A stretch of DNA of 64,000 nucleotides from NCBI GenBank assembly GCA_028874795.1, contig JAPPHT010000008.1, positions 149,181-213,180 on the forward strand, given 5' to 3'. The DNA comes from Chloroflexota bacterium. GTDB taxonomy: Bacteria > Chloroflexota > Dehalococcoidia > Lucifugimonadales > Australimonadaceae. The translations under genes were made by a program, and so were the position numbers. The notes under the pieces are model-generated. The model was given only the letters and a program-made list of their open reading frames with translations, did not search any database and had not been told where the DNA came from. Shown here piece by piece: positions 49,531-61,150 of this stretch. Within the stretch, counting starts at the first letter, position 1; the number at the start of each line of letters is the position of its first letter.

Positions 49531-50027
49531 AGTGGGGTGGGCGTGGCTTTGGGCGGGCATCGCCAGCCCGGCCAGAACGTGTGGCTCAGCCGCCATTCTC
49601 CCTGCTCGCGGACAAGGCTGTAAGTGGTTTCGTGATCGGAGACCGCGCCGCCGAGCAGCGGCATCCCTCCGGGTGCATCCACGCTGGTGATCGCGATGGT
49701 CACGAGGGCATCGTCCTCGTCAACTTCTTCACTTATCAACCGCATGCTGAACGAATCGTCCGGCAGGTCGAAGGCTCTCTCGGACACGGCGTCGGGGTCG
49801 CACTGCTGTTGCCGTTCCTCGTTCAGGAGTGCGTGTGCGGCGTGCGCGTCCTCTCGTTGCACCGCGAGGATGTAGTCCTGCACGACGCGCCCCGGCGTTC
49901 CCGCGGGCAGGAGGTCGGGTTCGCGGTCGCGGCTCAAGACAGCCAGGACGACGCTGAACACGATGATCACTGCGACAATGACGGCTGCGCCTGCGAGCCA
50001 ACGGCTGGAGGTTGTGCGTGGGATCAT
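49512..50027 (-). CDS. Membrane-anchored hypothetical protein (171 aa)
   Basis: C-terminal part of the frame 49512..50333, from the ATG at 50027 (ATGA overlap with the protease stop). N-terminal TM LAGAAVIVAVIIVFSVVLAVL, then a soluble domain. Confidence 0.6.
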   Translation of the reverse strand: MIPRTTSSRWLAGAAVIVAVIIVFSVVLAVLSRDREPDLLPAGTPGRVVQDYILAVQREDAHAAHALLNEERQQQCDPDAVSERAFDLPDDSFSMRLISEEVDEDDALVTIAITSVDAPGGMPLLGGAVSDHETTYSLVREQGEWRLSHTFWPGWRCPPKATPTPLEEPSP

Positions 50028-51886
50028 CCGTTGTCTCCGTTCGTCGATGCAACGGCGCTGACCTCGAACCGCCCTGGCTCCGAGGTCTTGTCCGCGAACC
50101 CGGCGACCACCATCGTAACAGGGCCGCCGGCGTGGAACGACGCGGTACCGTCGCTGTTGACGGCCAGCGGCGTGACCGTTGCCGTGTCGCGCACGCCCTC
50201 GATCAGCCGGATGGCGAACCGTTGCTCGACTCCCGTGAGGCCGACGCGCACGAAGCCGTCCGCATCCCATGCGCCGTCGGTCTCGGCGTCGTCGAACAGG
50301 CCGATCTCGTCGATGGCGACGTCGTCGATGCACCAGCCGCTCCCGGTGGTCGAATCGTCAGTCAGGTAGTCGAAGCGGAGCAGCGCCTCGTGCCCGGCGA
50401 ACGGCGTGAGGTCGGCGCTCTCGAGCCGCCAGCCGCCCGACGCTCCGGTGTAGGACGGTCCGAATGCGACGAGGAAGGGGTCGTGCGTGGTCGTGCCGGT
50501 GGCTTCCAGGATGCGCCACGATACGCCATCGTCGGTCGATACGGAGACGTAGCCGCGGTCCCAATGCTCCTCGATCTCCCACCACGCCCGGAACCGCAGC
50601 GTGGCCTCGCTTACACGGGTGAGGTCGATGGCGCGGGTCAGGCCTGCGTGGATGGAGTCGCCGGTGTTGCTCCACCAGCACCACCCGCCGCTGAACGGGT
50701 CTACGGGCAGGAGCGGCGTCGTTCCCGTGCCGGTGAACGTCACGTCCAGGGGAACGTCCGTGTCGATATCCAACAGCCACGCGCCCATCTGGGTCACCGC
50801 GCCGCTGACGCTTCCCGGACCGTCGAGCGAGCGTTCCGCCCGGATGGGAGGCGCGGCGTCCGCGTAGCCGTAGGGAGGCGCGGAGCCGCCGGACGCGTTC
50901 GCGGCGAGCCAGTCCGCGAAGAGCGCTTCGAAGCTCGTCCCGCCGAACGCCGTGTCCATCACGGCCTGCACGCCGTCTTCTCCGTCCGCCTGCTCCGCCG
51001 CGATCGCCGCCAGGCCGTCATCGCCGAGTCGCTCCGCCAGGTAGGCGGAGAAGAGTGCGGCCCCGGCGTAGTTGGGCAGCGGGTCCTCGTCGAGCGGCGG
51101 CCAGTCGCGGATGGACACCTCCGGGTCTCCGCGGTAGAAGCGGAAGGGGATGGAGTCGTAGCCGAGGGTACGGGCGGCGAGCTCCGAGAAGCCCTCCTGC
51201 ACCCACGCCGCCTCGGTCGGGTCGGCGAGCCAGTGCACGAGGTGCTGCAGCTCGTGCGCCAGCACCGCGAGATAGAAGCCGTCGTCCAGTGGCTGATCGT
51301 CGTTCATGTAGATGCTCACGCGCTCGTTGCTGTGGGCCCGGACAGCGACGGGGAGGGCGTCGCCGGCGTTGAAGTAGCCGCCGACGCCCGGGAACGGACC
51401 GTGGACGACGGCGAGCCTTCCCGGCAGCGCCTCGCCCGGCAGGACGAGGTCGAGCACGCCCGGCAGTACGTGGCGCTCGAACGCATCGGCGACCTCGGCC
51501 AGCGCGGCCGCGTCGACCTCAGCGTCGGTGCGGAAGTACCAGACCGCGTTGGGGCTGACGTGCCGCACGGTGGCGTCGAACTCGAACGTTGCGTTGTCGA
51601 TCAGGTCGAAGCCGGCGAACCGCCGTGTGGAGCCCACCTCCTCGTCCGCGTAGAGGGTCTCGACCGGCACGGGGCTGGCCGCCACGCCGGTGAACCGCTG
51701 AGCGAGCGCGAAGTCGTCGCGCTCAGGGGCGTCGGGAACGTCCGAGAACACGGCTGCCGTCGCGGCGGGGACGGGTGTCGGCGTGGCAGTCGCAGTGGGG
51801 ACCGGCGTTGGCGTGGGCGCCGGGTCGGCGCAGGCGGGCGTGGCGAGCAACAGGGCGGCAAGGGCGATGCTTGCGGACAGGCGCAC
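50024..51886 (-). CDS. Secreted/lipoprotein zinc metallopeptidase (HExxH), possibly immune-inhibitor-A (M6)-like
   Basis: GTG at 51886 gives MRLSASIALAALLLATPAC (lipobox), a short PT linker and FYLAVLAHELQHLVHW (HExxH). The C-terminal …RFDYLTDDSTTGSGWCIDDVAIDEIG pattern resembles M6-family C-terminal domains. Confidence 0.65.
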   Translation of the reverse strand: MRLSASIALAALLLATPACADPAPTPTPVPTATATPTPVPAATAAVFSDVPDAPERDDFALAQRFTGVAASPVPVETLYADEEVGSTRRFAGFDLIDNATFEFDATVRHVSPNAVWYFRTDAEVDAAALAEVADAFERHVLPGVLDLVLPGEALPGRLAVVHGPFPGVGGYFNAGDALPVAVRAHSNERVSIYMNDDQPLDDGFYLAVLAHELQHLVHWLADPTEAAWVQEGFSELAARTLGYDSIPFRFYRGDPEVSIRDWPPLDEDPLPNYAGAALFSAYLAERLGDDGLAAIAAEQADGEDGVQAVMDTAFGGTSFEALFADWLAANASGGSAPPYGYADAAPPIRAERSLDGPGSVSGAVTQMGAWLLDIDTDVPLDVTFTGTGTTPLLPVDPFSGGWCWWSNTGDSIHAGLTRAIDLTRVSEATLRFRAWWEIEEHWDRGYVSVSTDDGVSWRILEATGTTTHDPFLVAFGPSYTGASGGWRLESADLTPFAGHEALLRFDYLTDDSTTGSGWCIDDVAIDEIGLFDDAETDGAWDADGFVRVGLTGVEQRFAIRLIEGVRDTATVTPLAVNSDGTASFHAGGPVTMVVAGFADKTSEPGRFEVSAVASTNGDNG

Positions 51887-51888
51887 GG

Positions 51889-52470
51889 TTAGTTGAAGTT
51901 GTCCATCGCGTAGTTCACGCCGTGCGCGAGCCACGCCTCCGCGGCGTCGGCGGCACGGGCGATGGCGGCCTCCGCGTCCGGCGCTTCCTCCGGGGAGAAC
52001 GCGCCCAGCACGTAGCCCACCGTCTCTCCCTGCGGTCTGCCGATGCCGATGCGCAGGCGCGCGTAGTCCTGCGTGCCGAGCGCCGCGTTGATGGAGTTGA
52101 GGCCGTTGTGGCCGCCGGAGCCCCCGCTTGCGCGCATCCGGACCCTGCCGAGCGGCAGGTCCAGGTCGTCGAGGACGATGAGCACGGACTCGGCCCGCAC
52201 GCGGTAGCGGTCCATCGCGTAGCGCACCGCCTCGCCGGACACGTTCATGAACGTGCGTGGCTTGACGAGCACGATGCGCCTGCCGCCCAGGCGGCCTTCG
52301 CCGAGGAACGCTGCCCTGCGCTTGTCGTTCAGGGCGATGCCAGCGCGCCCGGCCAGCACGTCCACGCACATGAACCCCGCGTTGTGGCGGGTCCCGGCGT
52401 ACTTCGGACCGGGGTTGCCGAGCCCCACGATGACGAGCGTCGGCTCCCGCTCTGTCCTCCCGCGCCGCAT
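51889..52470 (-). CDS. pth: Peptidyl-tRNA hydrolase
   Basis: LVIVGLGNPGPKYAGTRHNAGFMCVD, VKPRTFMNVSGEAV, GGHNGLNSI. Start taken at the ATG at 52470; 52497 is an alternative. Confidence 0.9.
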   Translation of the reverse strand: MRRGRTEREPTLVIVGLGNPGPKYAGTRHNAGFMCVDVLAGRAGIALNDKRRAAFLGEGRLGGRRIVLVKPRTFMNVSGEAVRYAMDRYRVRAESVLIVLDDLDLPLGRVRMRASGGSGGHNGLNSINAALGTQDYARLRIGIGRPQGETVGYVLGAFSPEEAPDAEAAIARAADAAEAWLAHGVNYAMDNFN

Positions 52471-52497
52471 GAAGCGCCCCAGCAGCCCGCTACGCAT

Positions 52498-52739
52498 CCC
52501 CGGCCTCACTGGAGACGTCTGGTCCCTTCCCCCTTGATGGGGGAAGGTTAGGATGGGGGTGAACAGGTGGGGCGTGGAGTGTCTGGTCCCCTCTCCCTTG
52601 AGGAGAAGAGTGCGCCGCCCCTGCGGGCCGGGGGGTGAGGGTGAACCGGTGGGGAGTGGAAGTGGGTCCGTCGTTCCTGCGGAGGCAGGAACCTCGTAGC
52701 CCTGGGAGAGGGGCTGGGGGTGAGGGTTGCGCCAGCCAG
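52498..52739. repeat. Mosaic REP-like repeat region between pth and ligA
   Basis: Two related units both starting GTCTGGTCCC (52517 and 52581). GGTCCGTCGTTCCTGCGGAGGCAGGAACCTCG (52665-52696). CCTGGGAGAGGGGCTGGGGGTGAGGGTTGCG. Confidence 0.8.
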
Positions 52740-54890
<2,151 letters not shown>

Positions 54891-54957
54891 TCAAGTATAC
54901 GGGGCTCGGCATGAGCATGGCCTCCCGTCCGACAGCGTATGATGCCCGCATCCCGCC

Positions 54958-56283
54958 ATGGAAACCCCCGCCGCAGCATCGCCACGCATCCCCCGGCTCT
55001 GGCCCTTCAAGCGCGTCTATTACGGGTGGGCCGTCGTATGGGCGTCCACTGTGACGGCCTTCGGCATGGCGCCCATGTTCGGACCGGTGCTGGGCGTCTT
55101 CTTCTCGTCCATCGAGGAAGAGCTGGGCTGGGACCGGGCCACCATCTCTCTTGCGTTCACGTTGGGGAGCGCGACCGGCTCGGTCATGCAGTTCCTCACG
55201 GGGCGGCTGCTGGACCGCTACGGCGCCCGCATGGTGGTGGTGGCCGCGGGCGTCATCATCGCCCTGGCGATGGTGGGACTCTCCTGGATGCAGGAGCCGT
55301 GGCACTTCTGGGTGGCGTTCGGCGCGGGCAGGGGCTCCGCGCTTGCGGGCATACAGGTGGGCACGAGCGTTGCACTGGCCAACTGGTTCATCCGCAGGCG
55401 CGGGAGGACGGTCGCTATTCGCGGCATGGGAATGCGGGCGGGGCAGTCGATCATGCCGATGGCGATATTCGCCATCATGGCGGTGGCGGGCTGGCGCGCC
55501 GCGTTCCTCTCGCTCGCGGGCGTCACCGCGGTGCTCATCATCCTGCCGGCGCTCCTCTACCTGCGGCGTCGTCCCGAAGACCTGGGCATGACGCTGGAGA
55601 ACATGACGCCGGAGCAGCTGGCGGAGATGAACAGCGGCAGGGCAGGGCGCGGCTCGCTCGGACGGCTCTCGCGCCAGGTGCGGGACGTGTCGTTCACGCT
55701 CGCGGAGGCGAAGCGCACGCGCGCCTTCTGGCTGCTGCTCTTCTTCGTCGTCGTGGAGCGGTTCGCCCTCGGCTCCATCAACCTCCACATGGTGATCAAC
55801 TTCGAGGACAGGGGGCTGGCGCAGGGCCTCGCCGTGAGCACCCTCTCCATCTTCGCCGGGACCTCCGCGCTGACGGGCCTTCCGTGGGGGTTCGTGTTCG
55901 AGCACTTGCACATCCGCGCCGGGGCGATGCTCATGAGCGGGATGCTCGTGCTCTCCATGCTCGTCCTGCTCGTGGCGGACAACTATGCGCTGGCGGTGCT
56001 GTTCGCCGTGCTGTTCGGGGTTGCCATCGGCGCGGGGAACATCATCGAGAACATGCTGTGGGCGGACTACTTCGGAAGGGAGCACCTGGGAGCGATACGG
56101 GGCTACGGCGCGCCGTTCCGCATCGCCAGCCCGACCGGGCCGGTCCTCACGGGGCTGCTGTTCGAGTGGACCGGCTCCTACACGGTGCCGTTCCTGATCT
56201 TCACCTGCATCTTCGTGGTGATGACGGTCGCGATGTATTTCGCGACGCCGCCGGTGAAACCCGACGACAGCGGAGGGGGATAG
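54958..56283 (+). CDS. MFS transporter (oxalate/formate antiporter-like)
   Basis: 441 aa, about 12 TMs. GRLLDRYGARMVV (MFS motif A-like). Confidence 0.8.
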   Translation: METPAAASPRIPRLWPFKRVYYGWAVVWASTVTAFGMAPMFGPVLGVFFSSIEEELGWDRATISLAFTLGSATGSVMQFLTGRLLDRYGARMVVVAAGVIIALAMVGLSWMQEPWHFWVAFGAGRGSALAGIQVGTSVALANWFIRRRGRTVAIRGMGMRAGQSIMPMAIFAIMAVAGWRAAFLSLAGVTAVLIILPALLYLRRRPEDLGMTLENMTPEQLAEMNSGRAGRGSLGRLSRQVRDVSFTLAEAKRTRAFWLLLFFVVVERFALGSINLHMVINFEDRGLAQGLAVSTLSIFAGTSALTGLPWGFVFEHLHIRAGAMLMSGMLVLSMLVLLVADNYALAVLFAVLFGVAIGAGNIIENMLWADYFGREHLGAIRGYGAPFRIASPTGPVLTGLLFEWTGSYTVPFLIFTCIFVVMTVAMYFATPPVKPDDSGGG

Positions 56284-56289
56284 GGCTCG

Positions 56290-57618
56290 CTATCCCCTTG
56301 AGTCCTCGTCCATGAGCGCCGCGACCTGCCGCCCCATCCGCACCGAGTAGTTCGTCCCGCGGTCCTCCGGGTAGATCTGCGTCGTGTTCGCCAGGTAGAG
56401 GCCGCGTATCGGCGTGCGGTGGTCCGGGATGCGGTCGGAGTAGCCCTGCGTCACGATGGGCTGCGCGGCGTCCACCTTGTGGTGGTGGTACTCGGTCACC
56501 CACGACTCGTCGAACGCCGGGTTGATCTTCTGCAGGTGCGGGATGTACTCCCGGTACAGCTCGTCCGGCGTCATCTGGTAGAGCGGGTCGTCGCGCTCCA
56601 GGTAGTTGGTGAGGTAGGCGATGTGCGTCCCGCCGTAGTGCTCCGGCGGGATGAAGTTGGTGTGCTCGATGATGCCGAGGAACGGCAGCGACCGGTCGCC
56701 CACGTACGTCCAGTAGTGGGGGCTGAGCGAGCGCTTCATCACGAGGATGACGAGCACCGCGGCGAGGTAGACCTTGTCGGTCAGCCTGCCGAGGTAGTCC
56801 TCCGGCAGGTCCACCAGCCGGGGGAAGATGTACGACGGCGTCGTCGAGAGCACCTGGTCGTACTCGCGGCGCTCCGGGTCCCCGCCGTCCACGCTCACCT
56901 CCAGCCCCCGCGCTCGCCCGTCCTCCACGAGCACGCGGCGTACGCCGGACGAGATGTGCACCTCTCCGCCCTGCGCCCGGACCCGCTCGCCGAGGACGTC
57001 GAATATCTCACCGAACGAGCCGGTGGGGTAGGCGAGCTGCTCCTTGAACTTGCCCGTCAGCCCCTTGCCGCGGGACGCCGTGCGCAGGGCGAACTTGTTC
57101 CACAGCCACGCCATCGTGATCTGGTCGTGATAGCGCCCGAACTTGCCGCGCAGCATCGGCTCGAAGATCGCGTCGTATACCCGGTTGCCACCGTTCCGGC
57201 GCATCCACTCCGTCGCCGTGACCTGTTCGAGCGACGCCCACTCCTTGCGGCGTTGCAGGCCGAGCGTGAGCAGGCCGAGGCGGATGCGGTCTACCAGGGG
57301 CAGCGGACGGAATCGCAGCAGGTCGAACGGGGAGGTGAACTTCCAGAGCCGCCCCTGCGCGTAGTAGCCCACGTTGGAGTCGATCCACTTCAGGCGATGG
57401 GAGAGGCCAAGCTCGCCCATGAGGTCGATCATCGCGGAATCGCTGCGGAAGAGATGGTGGTAGCCGCGCTCCAGCGGAACGCCGTTGACCGGGAACGTGG
57501 ACGCCTGACCGCCCAGGAACGGCGCGCCCTCGAACACCTCTGCGTGGTGTCCCCGCAGTCCGAGTTCGTACGCTGCCGCGAGTCCCGCCGCTCCCCCTCC
57601 GATGATGCCTGCCTTCAC
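56290..57618 (-). CDS. NAD(P)/FAD-dependent oxidoreductase (amine oxidase / phytoene desaturase-like)
   Basis: KAGIIGGGAAGLAAAYEL…EVFEGAPFLGG dinucleotide-binding motif. 4-nt overlap with the upstream gene. Confidence 0.75.
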   Translation of the reverse strand: MKAGIIGGGAAGLAAAYELGLRGHHAEVFEGAPFLGGQASTFPVNGVPLERGYHHLFRSDSAMIDLMGELGLSHRLKWIDSNVGYYAQGRLWKFTSPFDLLRFRPLPLVDRIRLGLLTLGLQRRKEWASLEQVTATEWMRRNGGNRVYDAIFEPMLRGKFGRYHDQITMAWLWNKFALRTASRGKGLTGKFKEQLAYPTGSFGEIFDVLGERVRAQGGEVHISSGVRRVLVEDGRARGLEVSVDGGDPERREYDQVLSTTPSYIFPRLVDLPEDYLGRLTDKVYLAAVLVILVMKRSLSPHYWTYVGDRSLPFLGIIEHTNFIPPEHYGGTHIAYLTNYLERDDPLYQMTPDELYREYIPHLQKINPAFDESWVTEYHHHKVDAAQPIVTQGYSDRIPDHRTPIRGLYLANTTQIYPEDRGTNYSVRMGRQVAALMDEDSRG

Positions 57619-58727
57619 GGTGCTCCTTTCGGCGTCGACTCCGCTCGGGACTGTAGCAGTTCACCGAGTGGGATGCTGCGCACCGCAAGGTAGAGGAGTC
57701 CCACGACGATGACGGGCAGCAGCAGGACCGCGTGCAGCACGATGGCGTAGGCCGACGCATCCACGGACCCCACGCCCAGCACGACGAGGCCCAGCGCCGC
57801 GAATATCTCAAACGGGCCGACGCCTCCCTGCGACAGCGGCACCGAAATAGCGAGGTTCGCGAGCGAGATGATGAGCAGCATGGAACCGGCCAGCAGCCAA
57901 TGGCTGCCGAGATGCGCGTCGAGGTCGAACCCCAGCGCGATGAGGTAGTACGTGATGCCCTCCATGGTCCACACCGGCAGCGTGAGCGCCGCGACCTTCG
58001 CGAGGCGTCCCGGCTGGTGCAGTCCCGCGAACCCTCCGACGAACCGCGAGACGAACGCCCTGAGCAACGCACGGTAACGCATCGGCAGCGGGATGCGCCG
58101 GGCGACCCCGTTCCCCATCCCTTCGAACAGCCCGGGCCGGAGCGCCGCCATGATGATGACCGCGAGCCCAAGGATGAACGGCGCGGCCATGATGACGGCG
58201 GCGGCCCATACCGGGATGGCCACGGCGTCCCGCACTCCCTCCGGCAGGCCGGAGAACGGCAGGAAGAGCACACCCGCAAGCAGCAGGAGCAGCATGAGAA
58301 CGCCGTCGAACACCCGCTCGACGACGATGGTGGCCAGTGCCGTCGCGGTATTCACCTGCTCGCGGCGGGAGAGATAGTAGCTGCGGACGACCTCTCCCGC
58401 GCGCAGCGGCAGGAGATTGTTCGCCATGTACCCGACGATGACCACCGGGTACAGCCGGGCGGTTGTCGTATCCGCGAAGGGACGCAGCAGGAACCGCCAT
58501 CTCAGCGACCGGAAGTAGAACGATGCGAAGTACGTTATCGCCGCGGGCAGGACCCACGCGTAGTTCGCGTCCGACAGCGCTTCCAGCCACTTCCGGTAAT
58601 CGCTTCGCACGAACAGGAAGAAGAGCAGGGCGAGGAAGCCGACGGCGGGGGCCAGTCCCAGCAGGAGCCGCGTCCTGGTCGACATGGCTGGCCGGCGCTC
58701 CCGGTTGCCAGGGGCGGGAGTGCTCAT
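57615..58727 (-). CDS. Flippase-like (lysylphosphatidylglycerol synthase TM region / UPF0104) membrane protein
   Basis: …FYFRSLRWRFLLRP…YPVVIVGYMANNLLPLRAGEVVRSYYL, the typical UPF0104 signature. ATGA overlap with the upstream stop. Confidence 0.7.
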   Translation of the reverse strand: MSTPAPGNRERRPAMSTRTRLLLGLAPAVGFLALLFFLFVRSDYRKWLEALSDANYAWVLPAAITYFASFYFRSLRWRFLLRPFADTTTARLYPVVIVGYMANNLLPLRAGEVVRSYYLSRREQVNTATALATIVVERVFDGVLMLLLLLAGVLFLPFSGLPEGVRDAVAIPVWAAAVIMAAPFILGLAVIIMAALRPGLFEGMGNGVARRIPLPMRYRALLRAFVSRFVGGFAGLHQPGRLAKVAALTLPVWTMEGITYYLIALGFDLDAHLGSHWLLAGSMLLIISLANLAISVPLSQGGVGPFEIFAALGLVVLGVGSVDASAYAIVLHAVLLLPVIVVGLLYLAVRSIPLGELLQSRAESTPKGAP

Positions 58728-61150
58728 CCCGCCGCCTCGTCATCCAGGGACTGCGCGCTCAGGAATGACTCACATCCCTGCGTATGCCGGGTCAGGTCAT
58801 TCCTCACGTAGATGGCGCCCCGCGAGAACTGCATCGCTGAGGCGAGGTCGCGCTGCAACTGGTAGTCGATGGCCGTTCGCCATCCCTCGCTGGAGAACGC
58901 GCCGGAGAGGACGTCGCCCGGCGTGACGTTGCCGTACGCGTAGTTGGGGAACCACCACAGCGTGTGCAGTTCGCCGAGGCGCTCGTAGTTCGCCAGGTGC
59001 TCCCTGTTGGCGTCCTCCGACCAGATGCTCATCATCACGAGGTGCTCGGATGGGGGCTCGGTCAGCGGATCGGTGTTCAGCGTCCGGTACGCGACCGAGG
59101 GATAGTCGCGCAGGTACCAGCGCCACTGCCACGCGAAGTTGTCGTGGTTGTCGGCGAGGATGCTGATGCCGCCCCGTCCCAGCCCGGCGCTGGTGGCCAG
59201 GCGGTCGATGCACTCGGCGGCATAGGGCGTCTCCTGGCCTGTTTGTGAGTAGACAAGCAGTTCCCGCGGACGCTCGAAGCCGTCGTAGGAGTAGCTTGCG
59301 CGGGCAGAGAAGAACACGGTCATTGCGAATGCCACCGTGAGAGCCCCCAGCGCCAGGAGCGCCAGCGTCACAGAGGCAGCCGAGAGGGGTGAGGCCATGG
59401 CATGGACGGCGCGGGATGTGAGATGCACGGCTGCTCGAGGCGGCGCCAACAACGATCCCAGGACGGAGGCGCCCAGGTTGCCCCGTCGCTCGCCTCTCGC
59501 TGCGCGCCTTCGTTCTGCCCGGCTCTCCCTCATCTGGAAGAGCGGCACGGGCGGCGTGTCCGGCGCTGCGGCGCCGTCCGGGGAGAGCGCAGCGGCCCGG
59601 ACGCCGCCTCGCTTGAAGGCGAGGACAAGTGCGATCGCGAGGACAACGCCTCCGACGCCCGCGAGCAGGACCTCCAACCTGATCGGCTCAGCGGCGAGCA
59701 CGAAGCGTATCGTGAAGAACGGCACGATCGCAGCCAGGATGATGCCGCCCGCGTAGGCGCTGATGATGGCGCGCGTGTCGCGGCCTGACGCTGCCGCATG
59801 CTCGGCGAGCGTCCCGGCGACGCGCCCGGCGACGAAAGCGCACGGTACGGCTATCCCCATGAGCAGCCACGGCATGCGCTCGCCCGCGAACGAGAAGATG
59901 GCGAACGAGAGCCACGTCCAGCCCACGATGGCGACGTCGAAGATGGTGCGCCGCCGCGCCAGCAGGTAGAAGCTGCCCAGGAGGGCGGGCACGGCGATCG
60001 CGAACTCGTAGACCGAGAGGCCGATGATGTAGTAGTACCACGGCTGGTTGGCGCGCTCGACGCCCTGCTGCGCTATCCAGTAACCGAGCGAGCCCCACAG
60101 GCCGGTGAAGAAGCCCTCCCAGTTGCTGAACAGGCTGGTGAACAGCAGCAGCCAGATGGCCGCGAACGTCCCGAAGAGCAGCGGCCACCGCCTCCAGTCC
60201 CACTTCATCCCCAGGATGACCGATATGGCCGCCATCAGCAGGACGATGAAGCCGGCTATGTAGAGCGCACCGGGCACCGGGGCGCCGGTTGGGGCGTCGG
60301 CGCGGGCGAGCTCTCCACTCTGCACCAGTGGGTGATTCCCGTCCGGGTTGACCAGGATGATGCCGAAGACGTCCTGGACCAGCCCGGCGATGGGGGCCCA
60401 CATCGGCAGGACGAGCGTTCCCATGACGATGAGCAGGTCTGCCGCCGGACCTGTTTCGGAGAGCCGGCGCTGGCCCCTCAGCCATCCCCACAGGGCCGGC
60501 GCTGCGCGCCCGAGGAGCAGGAGCCCGAACATGCCAACCAGGAAGAAGGCGCTCTCCTTGCTTGCAAACGTGAGCGCCCAGAGCGCTGCCCACGCGAAGA
60601 GCATCCACGTCCGCGGACGCTCCATGTAGCGAAGGGCCAGCGCGAGCAAGGCCACCGCCCACACGGCCATATAGATGTCGTTGCGCATGAAGCGGCCGAA
60701 ATAGAGGACCGTCGGGGAAACCAGCAGGAAGAGCGAGGCGGCGAGCGCTCCGTATCGTCCCAGTTCCCTTCGGAAGAGCCATGGCATGGCTACGAGCGCG
60801 GTGCCGAACAGCGCGGGCGCCAGCCTCGCCGCGAACTCACCGGACCCGATCAGCGCGTAGGTCACAGCGCCTGCGTGGTAGAGCAGCGGGCCGTGGGTCA
60901 GCGGGTTGTGAGCGTAGCCCATGCCCTCGGCGTACCGCCACGAGTACCAGGCATGGAGCACCTCATCGTAGTGGAGTGCCCGTCCCCCGAGGTCCCAGAG
61001 CCGCGTTCCAAGCGCCAGGACGAGCAGGCCCAGTATGGCCCATCCCTCCCACGTATGAGGCGGACGGATGCCGGAGACGCTCCTCCAGACCAGTGCCGGG
61101 GCGCTCTTCACCGCCCCGATCCATCCCGGGGCGCCCTTCACGACCTCCAC
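58724..61150 (-). CDS. TIGR03663-type GT-C-like membrane protein (Agl23 / PMT_2-like glycosyltransferase fold)
   Basis: …LGTRLWDLGGRALHYDEVLHAWYSW…NPLTHGPLLYH…, many TMs, and a large C-terminal extracytoplasmic domain. Starts directly after the upstream stop. Confidence 0.65.
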   Translation of the reverse strand: MEVVKGAPGWIGAVKSAPALVWRSVSGIRPPHTWEGWAILGLLVLALGTRLWDLGGRALHYDEVLHAWYSWRYAEGMGYAHNPLTHGPLLYHAGAVTYALIGSGEFAARLAPALFGTALVAMPWLFRRELGRYGALAASLFLLVSPTVLYFGRFMRNDIYMAVWAVALLALALRYMERPRTWMLFAWAALWALTFASKESAFFLVGMFGLLLLGRAAPALWGWLRGQRRLSETGPAADLLIVMGTLVLPMWAPIAGLVQDVFGIILVNPDGNHPLVQSGELARADAPTGAPVPGALYIAGFIVLLMAAISVILGMKWDWRRWPLLFGTFAAIWLLLFTSLFSNWEGFFTGLWGSLGYWIAQQGVERANQPWYYYIIGLSVYEFAIAVPALLGSFYLLARRRTIFDVAIVGWTWLSFAIFSFAGERMPWLLMGIAVPCAFVAGRVAGTLAEHAAASGRDTRAIISAYAGGIILAAIVPFFTIRFVLAAEPIRLEVLLAGVGGVVLAIALVLAFKRGGVRAAALSPDGAAAPDTPPVPLFQMRESRAERRRAARGERRGNLGASVLGSLLAPPRAAVHLTSRAVHAMASPLSAASVTLALLALGALTVAFAMTVFFSARASYSYDGFERPRELLVYSQTGQETPYAAECIDRLATSAGLGRGGISILADNHDNFAWQWRWYLRDYPSVAYRTLNTDPLTEPPSEHLVMMSIWSEDANREHLANYERLGELHTLWWFPNYAYGNVTPGDVLSGAFSSEGWRTAIDYQLQRDLASAMQFSRGAIYVRNDLTRHTQGCESFLSAQSLDDEAAG

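Noticed and set aside
54938-54957. TATGAT box 14 nt upstream of the MFS transporter ATG, as another leaderless or short-leader promoter.
   Set aside because: It lacks the TG extension, and the spacing differs from the consistent 6-9-nt cases. The evidence is too weak to list as a feature.
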